A stretch of 62,978 bases of DNA, filler included, from Jimgerdemannia flammicorona (Eukaryota): assembly GCA_003990765.1 (NCBI GenBank). It is 3 parts of 3 records of this genome, joined end to end, with 100 filler letters (N's around TTAATTAATTAA, not from the genome) between each part and the next. Parts side by side here need not be neighbours in the genome. Positions count along the whole stretch, not along the records: positions 1 to 20,930 come from RBNJ01001565.1; positions 21,031 to 41,958 come from RBNJ01001566.1; 1 more part is not named here. One strand, written 5' to 3'. Positions 14,289 through 26,601 of this stretch are shown one piece after another (position 1 is the first letter of the stretch; each line of letters starts with the position of its first letter). Made by a program: the position numbers and the translations under genes. Below the pieces are notes generated by a model. The model made no database searches. It was not told the origin of the DNA and worked only from the letters and a program-made list of their open reading frames with translations.

Positions 14289-15842
14289 TGTAACAATGAT
14301 CTCAGAATAATGACATCAGCACAGGAGATAGCCTTTCCTTGCAAAGCTATCAGATCAGAGCATAAGAAGATCATACAATATATAAGATAAGCAATAATGA
14401 CCAACTGTGAGTCATTATGACTATAGTATAGGTATCTTGAGAAATATAAAAGAAGGATCAAGGAACCACAGTAGTAGCAATCAATAAGACCCACTAATCT
14501 CAAAATAGCTCAAAGACTTATCATAAATAAAATGCCTGCTACTCACCAAACTTCAAGGTCAAGAAACCACCAAGATATCTCAGTTGAAGAAAGAATATTC
14601 TAAGACATCAGAAGAGCCATGAGGACCCACTCAAGAAGGGCTCCTAGTGTCAACCTAGGTACTGGTGACCCTTATCATTATATCCTCTATTACTGTAAAA
14701 TGGAAACAAGGATCACTATTGCTATTGAATATCTCTAAATATGGCAGGAGTATAAAATAAGAAACCTCCTCTACTAAGAGTTCCTACAGACCAGCCCTCA
14801 AGAGTTACAAGATGCCACTCTCATAGATATATATAAGATAAGGACAGCTAAGAAGATTTACCAGATCTTCAGGTATGCACTATGGTTAATTCCCAACTTA
14901 GAGTATATTAGAGTCTCAGATTTCAGAGATCTATCAGTCTGCTATATTAATGTACTAGAAGCCAGGGTGGCTACAGAAGCTCAGTCTACTATTACTCTCA
15001 ATAGTAATAAAGTGAAAGACTTCTGGTATCCCATCCTTCAGAACAACTCAGACCAATTTCTGCAAGGATTGATCTTAGTATTTCAAGGCCCAAGTATCCA
15101 GGTTAGACCTCTCCAAGACCTCATATTTGTCCCTTATTTCATAGAAGAGAACCTCATAGACTGGAGAGCTCCAGACCTCCTTATTCCTATTACTGCTGAA
15201 TGTGATGACATCATTGGTAATGACATCATCCCATACAATATATATGAAATGTGCAACCTATGTGACAAGATGGATGAGATGTTTGCAGATCTTATCTCCT
15301 TCAAAGACATCCTGACCTCAGATGAGGATGAAGTCCCTATGGTCTTAAATATTCTGCTCTACACTGAATTATGCCAGCACTCTTTTCCTGTATAATAGCT
15401 GTTCCACCACCAGCATTCTGATGTGATACTGAATTATTTCAGTACCATTTTCCTATATTACTAAAATTATACCAGCATCCTGAATCTGTGCAACTATCTG
15501 TACCAATACTGGAACTTAGCAGTTTTCCATATCCTGGTATTTTATTTTAGTTATTGGAATTTATATTTAGCCTTATATCTTAGCAACTATTGAATTATAT
15601 TTTGTATAAATACTCCTCTTATTTCCTTTAAAATAAAGTCAGTTCTGATTCACTTATATACAATCCCTTGCAAGCAATCTAAGAGATAATAAGATAGTTT
15701 AAAGATGAGAAGTTTGAGGACTATAAGACCTTGGGAAGATACTCCAATAAGAACTTGCTAATAACAAACTTGAGTTAGTCTAAGAGATATACCTTGAAGA
15801 GAATTTGATATATTTGAAGGACTCAGTGACCACTATGTGACA
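14289..15842 (+). mobile_element. Family A solo LTR with degenerate ORF (14532-15395)
   Basis: TGTAAC...TGTGACA; TSD CTAT at 14285-14288 and 15843-15846. Confidence 0.92.
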
Positions 15843-16269
15843 CTATATATATATAGACAATAATATCACTCTGATAATATTTTATATTATGAAAAAGAAG
15901 AGCCTTACTTAGAAGAGCAGTAGAGATATCTAGTATAATCTCATCTATGGCTTCAGAGTTCTGTTTTTGGCCAATATGATAGTCTTATTCTAGCTATATA
16001 ATCTCCATAGCATCACTATCTTTAAAGAGAGCTCAGATATAACTATTGTTATACTTATAATAAATAATAGTATAGAACTAATGAGTAGAGTAGTTTTGTA
16101 AAAAATAGATAGTTCAGATATATATTTTTTAATATTAGTTTAGCCTTCTTGCTAGACCCTACTGACTTCTTGACCCTACTATAAGATACTGCTAGTATAG
16201 TGATTCTGTATAGAGCTAGAGTGCTCATGGGATCTAAAATCATACTGGATTCTAACTACTTGAACCTAC

Positions 16270-17255
16270 TTCTTATAATAGATAGTAGGGCTACAAATTC
16301 TGTAAACTCTCTCTGTTGATTCTCTTTTTTTACCTTCTGGCTACTTAGAGTTACTTCTTATAGCAGATAGAGAGCTACAAATTCTATGCACTTTATTAAT
16401 TCTCCTTTTTACCTTCTGGCTATATGGGGTTACTCTTTATAGCAAACAGAGAGCTACAAATTCTACATACTCTCTTTACTGATTTTTCTTTTTTCTTTTT
16501 TCCTTCTAGCTGCTTGAAGTTACTCCTTATAGTGAGCAGAGGGCTACAAATTCTGTATACTCTTTCTGCTGATTCTTCTTTTTATCTTTCAGTTACTTAG
16601 GGTTGCTTTTTATAGTAGATAGAGGGCTGCAAATTCTGTATACTTCTTCTGCTAATTCTCCTTTTTACCTTCTGGCTACTTGGAGTTACTTCTTATAGTA
16701 GACAGAGGGCTATAAATTCTGTATACTCTCTCTACTGATTTTTCTTTTTTTCTTTTTTCTTTCAGCTATTTGGAGTTACTCCTTATAGTAGAAAAGAGGA
16801 CTACAAATTCTATATACTCTCTCTGCTGATTCTCCTTTTTATCTTCTGGTTACTTGGAGTTACTTCTTATAGCAGGGGAGGGCTGCAAATTCTGTATACT
16901 CTCTCTGCCAATTCGTCTTTTCACTTTTTAGCTACTTGGGATTGCTTCTTATAGTAGGTAGAGGATTATAAATTCTATATACTCTCTCTACTAATTTTCC
17001 TTTTTTCCTTCTAACTGCTTAGAGTTACTTCTTATAGTAAATGAAAAGCTATAAATTCTGTATACTTTCTCTGCTGATTTTCATTTTCCATCCTGCATCA
17101 GCTGCTTGAGATTACTTCTTATAGCAGATAGAGGGCTGTAAATTCTATATACTCTCTCTATTAAATCTTCTTTTTATATTTAGCTACTTAGAGTTACTCC
17201 TTACAGCAGACAGAGAGTTGCAAATTCTACACACTCTCTCTGTTAATTTTCTTAC
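16270..17255. repeat. Minisatellite, about 81-bp unit, about 12 copies
   Basis: Recurring CTTATAGCAGATAGAGGGCTACAAATTCTGTATACTCTCTCTGCTGATTCTCCTTTTT motif. Confidence 0.9.
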
Positions 17256-17707
17256 ACCCCTTAATTTGCTGAAAATATATTTTTCTAAAGAAACTCTATC
17301 AAAAAAATTTATTCTATATTAATTATACAAATAAGTAACCTATACCTCACCAAGACTTTAAGCATATATAAGCCTAGATTATCTCAGTATTGAGTATATA
17401 TCTCATGGGATAAATGAGGTTCTTTCTACTAGAGAACACTCTCTCAACTAGAGTACTAGTAGTAGAAATAATCAGATAGTCTCGCACTATACTACTTAGA
17501 TCGGAAATGTCTATCTATTATATCTATAACTATATATCCTTAAGATAAATAGTAGTTAAAGACTATTAATTAAATTTTACCAACTATCTGTAAAAAGACA
17601 ACTCATCTTCTACCAGTTGAGTATCTCTATTCTCTCTAGCAGGATCACCTAGTTACTGGTCAGATAAATAGTTAACTCATCTATTTATTAAAGTACTTCT
17701 ACTAATT

Positions 17708-18224
17708 TAGTACTCCAAATGAGTCAATTTAATCCAGATGGATTCAGATTGGATTCAGATTGAATCCCATCTGGATTGCTATTGTTTTGATTTCCAAATT
17801 AGACTATTAAATATTTACATCAATAACTCAATAAATAATAATTTAATTTTGATGATCTTAGTATCATTTGAAAGCCCTTAATAAGGCCTTTCTAATGATA
17901 CCAAGAATATTCAAATCAGATTATATATTGCTAAGCTATTAAGGAAAACATTCTTTTGAAGAAATTTCCAAAATCAGCAAGTCAAATAATCTCCAAAATT
18001 GGCAAGTTGGACATTTTTCTTGATAACTCAGCAATATATAATTCAATTTTAATGTTCTTGGTATTATTAAAAGGACCTTATTAAGGGCTTTCAAATGACA
18101 TCAAAATCATCAATATTGGATGATTATTTATTGAGTTATTGATGTAAACATTTAATTGTCTAATTTGGAAATCAAAACAATAGTTGATTCAAATCTGATC
18201 CAGATCAACTTATTCAGAGCACTA
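17708..18224. mobile_element. Foldback MITE (hAT-type termini)
   Basis: TIRs TAGTACTCCAAATGAGT / ACTTATTCAGAGCACTA; internal inverted arms about 17779-17950 and 18012-18183; TSD not recognisable here. Confidence 0.85.
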
Positions 18225-18229
18225 TAATG

Positions 18230-19600
18230 CTATATGGGAGAGAGGAGAGTGGTTAAATGAATATAAAGCTAAAGCAGTCTTCTATATACTTTTAATAGTC
18301 TTACTCTATATATTCTTATTAGTAGTAACTGTAAAATCAATTGGCTTTTTTTAAAAAAAAAATTATTTTTTAATTTAATTAATATATTTCAGCAGACCAA
18401 AAACTGATTTATATTAGTAATTAAAAAGTACTATAGCAAACTCTAGTGTATATTTAATAATTATATATATTAAGTTTCAATAAGTATAAATATCTAATAT
18501 CAGCTCTTTCTAGACTAAATCAATAGCTCTACACTATGTAGTAAATTTGTCTTTTTATTATAAAAATAACCAGACTATTATAATTAGTTTGTATAGCTTA
18601 AAAATAATGCTCAGATTTTTATCACTAATTTCACCTTTATCTTAGGATATTTTATCTATTTATATGAGATAATTCTATATAGCAAGGTTTAGTATAGACC
18701 TGGTAATATATACAGTAACTTTCTATATTAAAGTTATTGAAAAATGTTATATTATTTGTAATATTATCTATTATAATGGTCAAAATCTATCCTTGAAATT
18801 TTTAGAAGATAATTTTGTTTTAAAATAGTAAACTATTTTTAAAAAAAAGTAATTTATTTAGAGTTTCCTAACTATAAAATAGTAAGCTTCCTCTCCTTTT
18901 ACCTTAGTTGTGATCCCAAGCTCATAGATATATTTAATAAAAGTATCCATAATATTTTCTCTTAAATAAAGACTCTCTAGCTTGATAAAGTTGAGAGTCA
19001 GAATTTGAAGCTACTAATTAATATCAATCTAATAACTAGTAATATTTAGAAATAAAATAATATTGAGAGATAACTATATATTAAATGTGAATAAAATTCT
19101 ATCTGACAAATTTTATTTATTTGATATGAGATTAGATTATTGAGTTTTTTTTTTTTTAGTAACAAAGAGATCATAATATTATAGTATTACTCTTATTTTA
19201 TTTAAAGTATTTAGTAGAGATTATTATACTTCTTTCTATAGATCTCAAGAATATTATTATAAATAGTATCAGTACTTAGCAGATATAAATCATACTTAAG
19301 AAGATTAAAGATATCATATAATTAGTTACTCTTAATAGTTATAAATAGTTGATTTATATATATAATCTAGTAAATGAGCTGATTTTAAAACTCTATTGAA
19401 GTATATGGTTAAATAATTTTAATTAAATAGGGTTATTAGTATAGAAGGATTAGATAATCATATATTAGAAAATAACTATACTCACTATAGCTTAGAAGTT
19501 AATTTTATTTATTTCTATATTCTTTTTAATTTTGTCTGAGTATTTTCTCTTATATATTAGTATATGTTTAAAGTTGAACTACTATGTATCTTAAACTTCT
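18230..19600 (-). pseudogene. hAT transposase remnant
   Basis: Minus strand LQILTLNFIKLES, ILTIIIDNITNNITF, ILNLA; homologous to the copy at 23930-25800; boundaries approximate. Confidence 0.7.
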
Positions 19601-19606
19601 AGCTAT

Positions 19607-20930
19607 TGTAATGGTGACCCCAGAATGATGACATCAGCACAGGAGACAGCCTTTCTTTACAAGCCACCAGATCAGAGTACAAGAAGATCATATGGCATGT
19701 GAGATGAGCAACGATGACCAACTGTGAGTCATTGTGACCACAGCACAAGCATCCTGAAGAATATAAAAGAAGGATCAAGGAACTGCAGTAGCAGCAACCA
19801 ACAAGAACCCCAATCCCAAAATAGCTCAAAGACTTACCACAAACAAAAATGCCTGCTGCCCGCCAAACCTCAAGGTCAAGGAATCATCAAGGTATCTCAG
19901 TCGAGGAAAGGATATTTCAAGACATCAGAAGAGCCATGAGGACCCGCTCAAGAAGGACTCCTAGCGTCAACCTGGATACTGCAGACCCTTATCACTTTAT
20001 CCTCTACTGCCATGAAATGGAAACAAGGATCACCATTGCCACCGAATACCTCCAAATGTGGCAAGAATACGAAATAGGAAACCTCCTCTGCCGGGAGTTC
20101 CCACAGGCCAGCCCTCAAGAGCTACAAGATGCCACCCCCATAGACCTACATGAGGCAAGGACAGCAAAGAAGATCTATCAGATCTTCAGGCATGCACCAT
20201 GGTTGATCCCCAACTTGGAGTATGTTAGAGTCTCAGACTTCAGAGACCTGTCATTCCGCTGTATCAATGCACTAGAAGCCAGGGTAGCCACAGAGGCCCA
20301 GTCCACCATCACCCTCAATAGTGAAGAAGTAGAAGACTTCTGGCACCCTATCCTTCAGGACAACCCAGACCAATTCCTGCAAGGATTGATCTCAGTATTC
20401 CAAGGCCCAAGCATCCGGGTTAGATCTCCCCAAGACCCCACATTTGTCCCCTATTTTGTAGAGGAGAACCTCATAGACTGGAGAGCTCCAGACCTTGTTC
20501 CTGATTTTCCCGCCACACCCGAGTGTGATGACGTCATCGATGACGTCATCCCGCACAACATCGAGGCACGCGAAAATGATGAAGTACATGAGACGTGCAA
20601 CCTATATGACGAATTCACGGATCTCATCTCCTTCAGTGATGATGATGATGAAGCTCCCATGATCCTGAACTTTCTGCTCTAAAGTTCTTTGTTACACTGG
20701 ATAATGCCAGCACCGGTATTCTCATGTAACACTAGATAATGCCAGTACCAGTATTCTGAGGTGACACGAAATTGTTCCAGCACTGGTATTTTGACATGGT
20801 ACTAAATAATGCCAGCTCTGGAACTCAGTAGTTTTAGTTATTGGAATTTATATTTAGCTTTATATCTTAGCAACCATTGAATTATATTTTGTATAAATAC
20901 CTCTCTTATTTCCTCTGAAATAAAGTCAGT
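19607..20930 (+). mobile_element. Family A LTR, least mutated copy, running into an assembly gap
   Basis: Starts TGTAAT after CTAT; TATAAATA at 20892, AATAAA at 20919; retains CpGs. Confidence 0.9.
19849..20682 (+). CDS. 277-aa protein of unknown function encoded inside the LTR (U3); basic N-terminus, acidic C-terminus
   Basis: Uninterrupted ATG-to-stop ORF in AAAAATG context; colinear in three other LTR copies; similar to ORF 35195-35707. Confidence 0.85.
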   Translation: MPAARQTSRSRNHQGISVEERIFQDIRRAMRTRSRRTPSVNLDTADPYHFILYCHEMETRITIATEYLQMWQEYEIGNLLCREFPQASPQELQDATPIDLHEARTAKKIYQIFRHAPWLIPNLEYVRVSDFRDLSFRCINALEARVATEAQSTITLNSEEVEDFWHPILQDNPDQFLQGLISVFQGPSIRVRSPQDPTFVPYFVEENLIDWRAPDLVPDFPATPECDDVIDDVIPHNIEARENDEVHETCNLYDEFTDLISFSDDDDEAPMILNFLL

Positions 20931-21030
20931 NNNNNNNNNNNNNNNNNNNNNNNNNNNNNNNNNNNNNNNNNNNNTTAATTAATTAANNNNNNNNNNNNNN
21001 NNNNNNNNNNNNNNNNNNNNNNNNNNNNNN
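20931..21030. other. Assembly gap with artificial TTAATTAATTAA linker
   Basis: N-run, 12-nt all-frame stop linker, N-run; identical to the second gap. Confidence 0.97.
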
Positions 21031-21164
21031 TTTTTTTTTATAAAATTTTTACCAAAGGTAGAATTATTATATAAAATATTATTGGTAAATTTTTTTTTAA
21101 AAGCTATTATGATTTTAAAAGTTATAAACTTTTAAAATCTTGCCTCTAAATATAGGTGCAAAAC

Positions 21165-22494
21165 AGTCAAAGGGATAGACTATGCAAAGGATTATATGGT
21201 ATTAAGCAAGTAGTGCACCTATGGAATATATAAAAGAATTGATAAATATCTCCTTAACAATAGATTTAAGTATTGCAAAGTAGATAATTGCATATATATC
21301 TAGTATTATAATGATAGTATAGTATTCATCTCCTTTCTCTGCTACTTTACCAGCCATAATGATTTGGTAAGTAATCTTCTGAGTCTACTTTCCATAATTA
21401 TTACCCCCTCTACCTTAGATTGATTTGCTATACCTATTGCAGGGCAGTGAGAGGGAGGCAATGGTGATGAGTTGCCCCTTTATCAGTGTCAGATTAGTGT
21501 CTTCTCTACTTTTTTGTGGTTTCTGGTATCTTTGGATGCATCTGGAGTGCATCTGTTTTGGTATAGTATCTTCTTTCTTTTGCTATTACCAACAAGGTGC
21601 TGTCTTGGTATGTCTCAGGCTATGTAGGGAGTTGGCTGACCTTGGGCATTAAGTGCTCAGTATAGGTTACCTGCAGGTCCTCAGTGCTTGTAGTGGAGCT
21701 CTCTGGCTTTGGTGAGCTTCCTGGTGAGCATGGTTCTGATGTATATGACTGCTTTTTGGGTATTATCAGGATGGGAGAGAAGATGGCCATCACAGATAGA
21801 AGAAAGAGTGATAATAGTGAACTAGTAGAGTACTAGGCTGGGGGTGGTCATTAGGGCTGGGGCAGGTACTGCTTTGGTGGGGCCTTTTGATTGGTATAGA
21901 GTAGTTAGGTAGTAGGTATCACTCTCAGCTTCTTTTGGCAATTCAGCAAGTTGGGCCCTGGTCATTGGGGGGGGTCAGGGGGCCTGAGGCTACTCATTTC
22001 AGACATCTTAGCTGCACTCAACTGAAACTAGAAGCTGACATGGCAATGTGATCAAGGCTTATAGGCTTGAGTAGTGGAGTATTGGAAGTCTCCTCTCACC
22101 TCATATGTAAGTTCTTTACTTACCTCAACTGAGAGAACCAGACCCTATCCACCATGATGTACTTTGATGAGGGTTTTTCTTTGCCTGTCATTCTCTTTAG
22201 GGTGGCAGAAGCTATTCTATTCAGCTTGGGTGTAGCCTTGTATATATGTTGGGGTCTTGGGCATATGCTTTCAGTTGTTGGTATATGGCTGGGTCTCTCC
22301 TAGTAATAGAGAGAGCATAGTGTGCAGAATGAGGTGCAGGCCAATATAGGCTCTGCTGCATCTGGCATAGTCAAGCTGCTAGATAATAGCTAGCCTAGAT
22401 TAATGGGGAGGCAGTGCTTGATAGATGGTGGAGGAGGGTTTTGGCCTATATAGTCTAGATTCCCTTCCAATAAAAATCTACAGAACATTGAGTC

Positions 22495-22535
<41 letters not shown>

Positions 22536-23490
22536 ACAGTATAGTATTCATTAGCATATAAGTTAATGATATTATTATTATAGCTAGCAAGAATAGGCTT
22601 AATAGAGTAAAGGAAACTTTATACCAAGAATTCAAGATAACTAATATAGGCAATATATCCTTCTTTTTGAGAATATCTCTCATAAGAAACTTATATCAAA
22701 GCTATTCTCAAATACTTTAATATGAGTAATTGCAAGTCTGTTGGGACTCTAATAGAGACTTCCATAAAACTAAAGAAGCCTAACAATATACTTAAGATAG
22801 ATAATAATAATATACTCACTAAAAGTACTATCAATAACATTCTCTATTAGTAAGTAGTTAGCTCTCTTATATATATACCTTATACTAGGAATAAGACTCA
22901 ATATATCCTATGCTATTAATAAGATAGTGCAGTATTGCTCATACTATAATAACTTATATTGGGTGATAGCAATATTAGAGCAATGATAAAAGTAATAGCA
23001 TCTAGCTATCTGGTACTTGTAATGCTGATTGGATCAGAGACTTAGATAACTGCTAATCTATAACTTAATATCTCTTTCATATTAGTGAAAGTAGTAAAGA
23101 ATCTGTTATTTTATGACAAATACATAAGTAGAGTTCTGTGGCAATATCCTCAATATAGGTAGAGTATCAAGTACTGTCATTAGTAATAAAGAAAGCTATT
23201 TGGCTCTACAAACTATTGAAGGAGCTCAGCTTCACTCAGAAATAAAACTCTATACTAATTAAGCAGGATAATCAATCAACAATAACACTTGCCAAGAACT
23301 CAATATACTATAGTAAAATGAAACATATTGATATATAGCACTATTTCATTCACAAATACATAATAAACAATACTATATACTTGAAATATATCTTTACAGA
23401 GTATATGATTGCAAATTTACTTACTAAAGCTCTTCCAAAGCCAAAGTTCAAGTAGTATACTAATAGAATGAGTCTTTTCAATTAATTATG
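21165..23490 (+). pseudogene. Ty1/copia RT-RNase H remnant interrupted by a retroposon
   Basis: LCKGLYGIKQ..LWN, CNADW, EAIWL, DNQSTITLAKN, KHIDI*HYF, IANLLTKAL; PPT-like GAGTAGGAG near 23790. Confidence 0.88.
21330..22533 (+). mobile_element. 1.2-kb poly(A) retroposon, copy 2
   Basis: Long poly(A); TSD AGTATAGTATTCAT on both sides; splits the copia RT. Confidence 0.92.
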
Positions 23491-23929
23491 AGATACTTTT
23501 CAGGCTGTTAAAAGCCTTGCATCATATTCTACATCTATATATATTAGTTATATCTCTCATTTATGAGTGGATTATATAGATAATATTATATTATATTTCT
23601 GTAAATATTTCAGATATTTCGAAATACTTTTCAATCTACAAAAATTCCTTAGATATAGGATTTTACATTAGTAGTATTTAGATTATATGTAGTTCTAGCC
23701 TTTTTTTTTTTTTTTTTTTTTTTTTTATTTTTTTTTTTTTTTTTTTTTAGTATATTTTATATCCTTCTTTTTTTCTCTATATCTTATTGAGTAGGAGTAT
23801 TGAGATGGCAACTTGATATATTAATATATAATTGGTGATTTCATTAGTTTTATATCATCTATTAGTAATGTATAAAATATATATCCTATACAAACTCAAT
23901 AAAAATGTCCCTCTTTTCAATAGTAATAT

Positions 23930-25800
23930 TAGAATTAAATATAATTGCTACCTATATTTCAAATTTTACTATAAAGTATAGCAGGTAAAATTTCATTTAC
24001 AATTAATATCTAGATATCTCCAAATGTTATTTTATTTCTTGATATTACTAGATATTAGATTGATACCAATTGGCAGCTTCAAACTCTTACTCTTGACTTT
24101 GTGAAACTTAAGAGTTTTCATTTTAGAGAAAATATTGCAAAAGTATTCATAAACTATATTTAAGAGCTTAGAGTTACAACTAAAGTACAGGAGTTTTATT
24201 TTTAAACTAATATTAAAAGAGGATAAAAAGAAAAAAACATACTTTTTACTTTAAATTATTAACTGCTTTCTGTGTAATTTTATATATCAAAATTTTGAAA
24301 TATAGATATTAGCCATTATAACAGATAATGCCTTCAACAATATTATATTTCTCTATATTTTGGCAATCAAACTTCAATAAGAAAATGTTATATTTAATGT
24401 AGATAACAACTATATAGTATTAGGCCCATGTTCTGAATCTTACTGCTCAAGATTATCTTATACAACTCTTTAGTAATTAGAGTGAAATTGATATAAGCTC
24501 TAATATTATTTCAAAGTTATGCAAATTGATTATTACAATCTGATCATCATTACTGTAGTGAAAAAAAAACTTACTAAACAATGTAAAGTAATCAATCTTA
24601 TTCTAAAAAGAACTTATTTTAGATATTAGTACATCATGGAACTTGACATTTATAAAGATTGAACATATACTAATACTTACTATAGTAGATTACCACTAAT
24701 AATATTGGAGAATAGTATCAGACTTATTAACTAATATTAACTTATTCAAATATAATTCAGATACTAGATTCTACTACTACTATAGATAGAGAAATATGAG
24801 AAATAATAATTGAGAAGAGTGAGTAAGAGAAATTAAGAGAAATTATTAAAGTTTGATAAGTGAGTAGAGGAGTACTTATCAGTATTTTTACTGATTTAGT
24901 ATTATTTTGCTCATCTCTTTTTATACTTTTACTCTTTATTTTACTCTAGTATTTTAATAAATATATAAAAGAAGTTGTTCAGTAAAAGTTTTCAATAATA
25001 TATTCTACAATTCTAGTATACAATCTCTTGATTGATCAACTTGAGGATCTATTAAACTCATTAGAGAATAATCATATATCTCTCTTGAGACAAAAGAAAG
25101 CCATTGATGTAGCTCTAAAGAAGCTCAAAAAATATTACTCAAAAACTAATGCTTCTGTATTTTCTATAAGTACTAGTGAGTCAAGTATTACTTTTTATAA
25201 ATTAAAATAAGAAGTTTTATCATTCTGATTACAATTTGGATGTCTGATCAGTTTAAGATCTATGATTAAAGCTTTAATATTATAAAGATCAAGGCTGGGA
25301 AAAGCAATTCATTGAGGAGGCAGAGTAAGTAATTATCAATATATATCAGAAAAACTATATACCTCTACTAGACTCAAACTATAGTTTGAATAACTATACT
25401 AATAATTCTTATGCAGTATCTTTATAGTAGAAAAAGAAAAAGAGAATCTTCAATAGATGAGCTTATAATATATCTGTCTACTGATTGGGTAGTTTTATTA
25501 GAGAGTACTGATATATTAGATTGGTGGAAAATGAGAATTTCTATAATTATCTCCACTAAATATCATTGAATCTTTTCAAATTTTTAACTCTAAAATTCTC
25601 TGTATTTTAAATTTATATACATGCCAGATAGACTTCTCCAATTTGAGTAACATGGCTCAAGATTATTTAGCTATTTCTGCAACAAGTGCACTAGTTGAAA
25701 GAGTATTTTTTGACAATAAAGTACTTATTATATCAAGAAGATGTTCTCTCAAAGCTGAGACTATTCAAGCATATATATATCTGAAATCTTAGTAGAGCTC
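23930..25800 (+). pseudogene. hAT transposase remnant
   Basis: IDTNWQLQTLTLDFVKL, ILAIITDNAFNN, AHVLNLTAQD, DILDWWK, MAQDYLAISATSALVERVF (hAT C-terminal dimerisation motif); probably spliced. Confidence 0.88.
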
Positions 25801-26601
25801 AGTATCTTGATTTCAGCTTATTATCACTATATAGTATCTAGTAGAGGATTATTTGAAGAAGTTGGTAAGTTAGTGCTGAAATAAATATATCTTGAGCTTA
25901 GTTCACTAAGAAGATCAGAGAATTTGTCAGCCACTAAGATTATTTTTTCTTAGTAGTACAGAAGTATGAGATAATGATGATATATTAAAGAAAAACTTTA
26001 AAATTCAGCAAGAAAATGAAAAATAGAGATTGTAATTTCATAGCAATCAGATAAGACTTAAATTGACAGCCCAAATAATTTGGAATTATCAGAAAGAAGA
26101 ACTGCTGAGGTTGGTATAGATCATATAATATCTGTGATGAGATAGAGATAAGAACAGTGATAATAGTGATGATATTTCTAAATTCTGTCTAGTTGGGATA
26201 ATTCAGTATCATCTGAGCTATTCCACAGAATGCAGCTTGCAAAACTAGTCTTAGTATTTGCTATATCTCTATTCTGAGGTTTGGTGAAAATATATTTTCA
26301 ATTATATATAGAGTCATAAGTATCTGATAGAGTTTAGAGTAATGTTGATATAAGGGAGTTGAATTCAATGGTCTTTATAGACAGCTAAGCAGTAATTCAA
26401 ATAAGAAGTTTTACTAGAAAATTAATAGAGAATAAATAATTATTTTTACATAACTAGTTAAAAGCCCCAGATTTCTGCTATAGTCTGACAGCAATTGTAG
26501 GGACAATTGTGGGAGTATGTCCACCCACTGGGCAATTGCAGGGTGTATCTGCCTACTGGACAATTACAGTTGTATATATATATTTAACAATCTTAATCTA
26601 T

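Noticed and set aside
20975..20986. TTAATTAATTAA palindrome as a biological site (also 42003-42014)
   Set aside because: Identical insert centred in N-runs; artificial linker, so adjacency across the gaps is unproven
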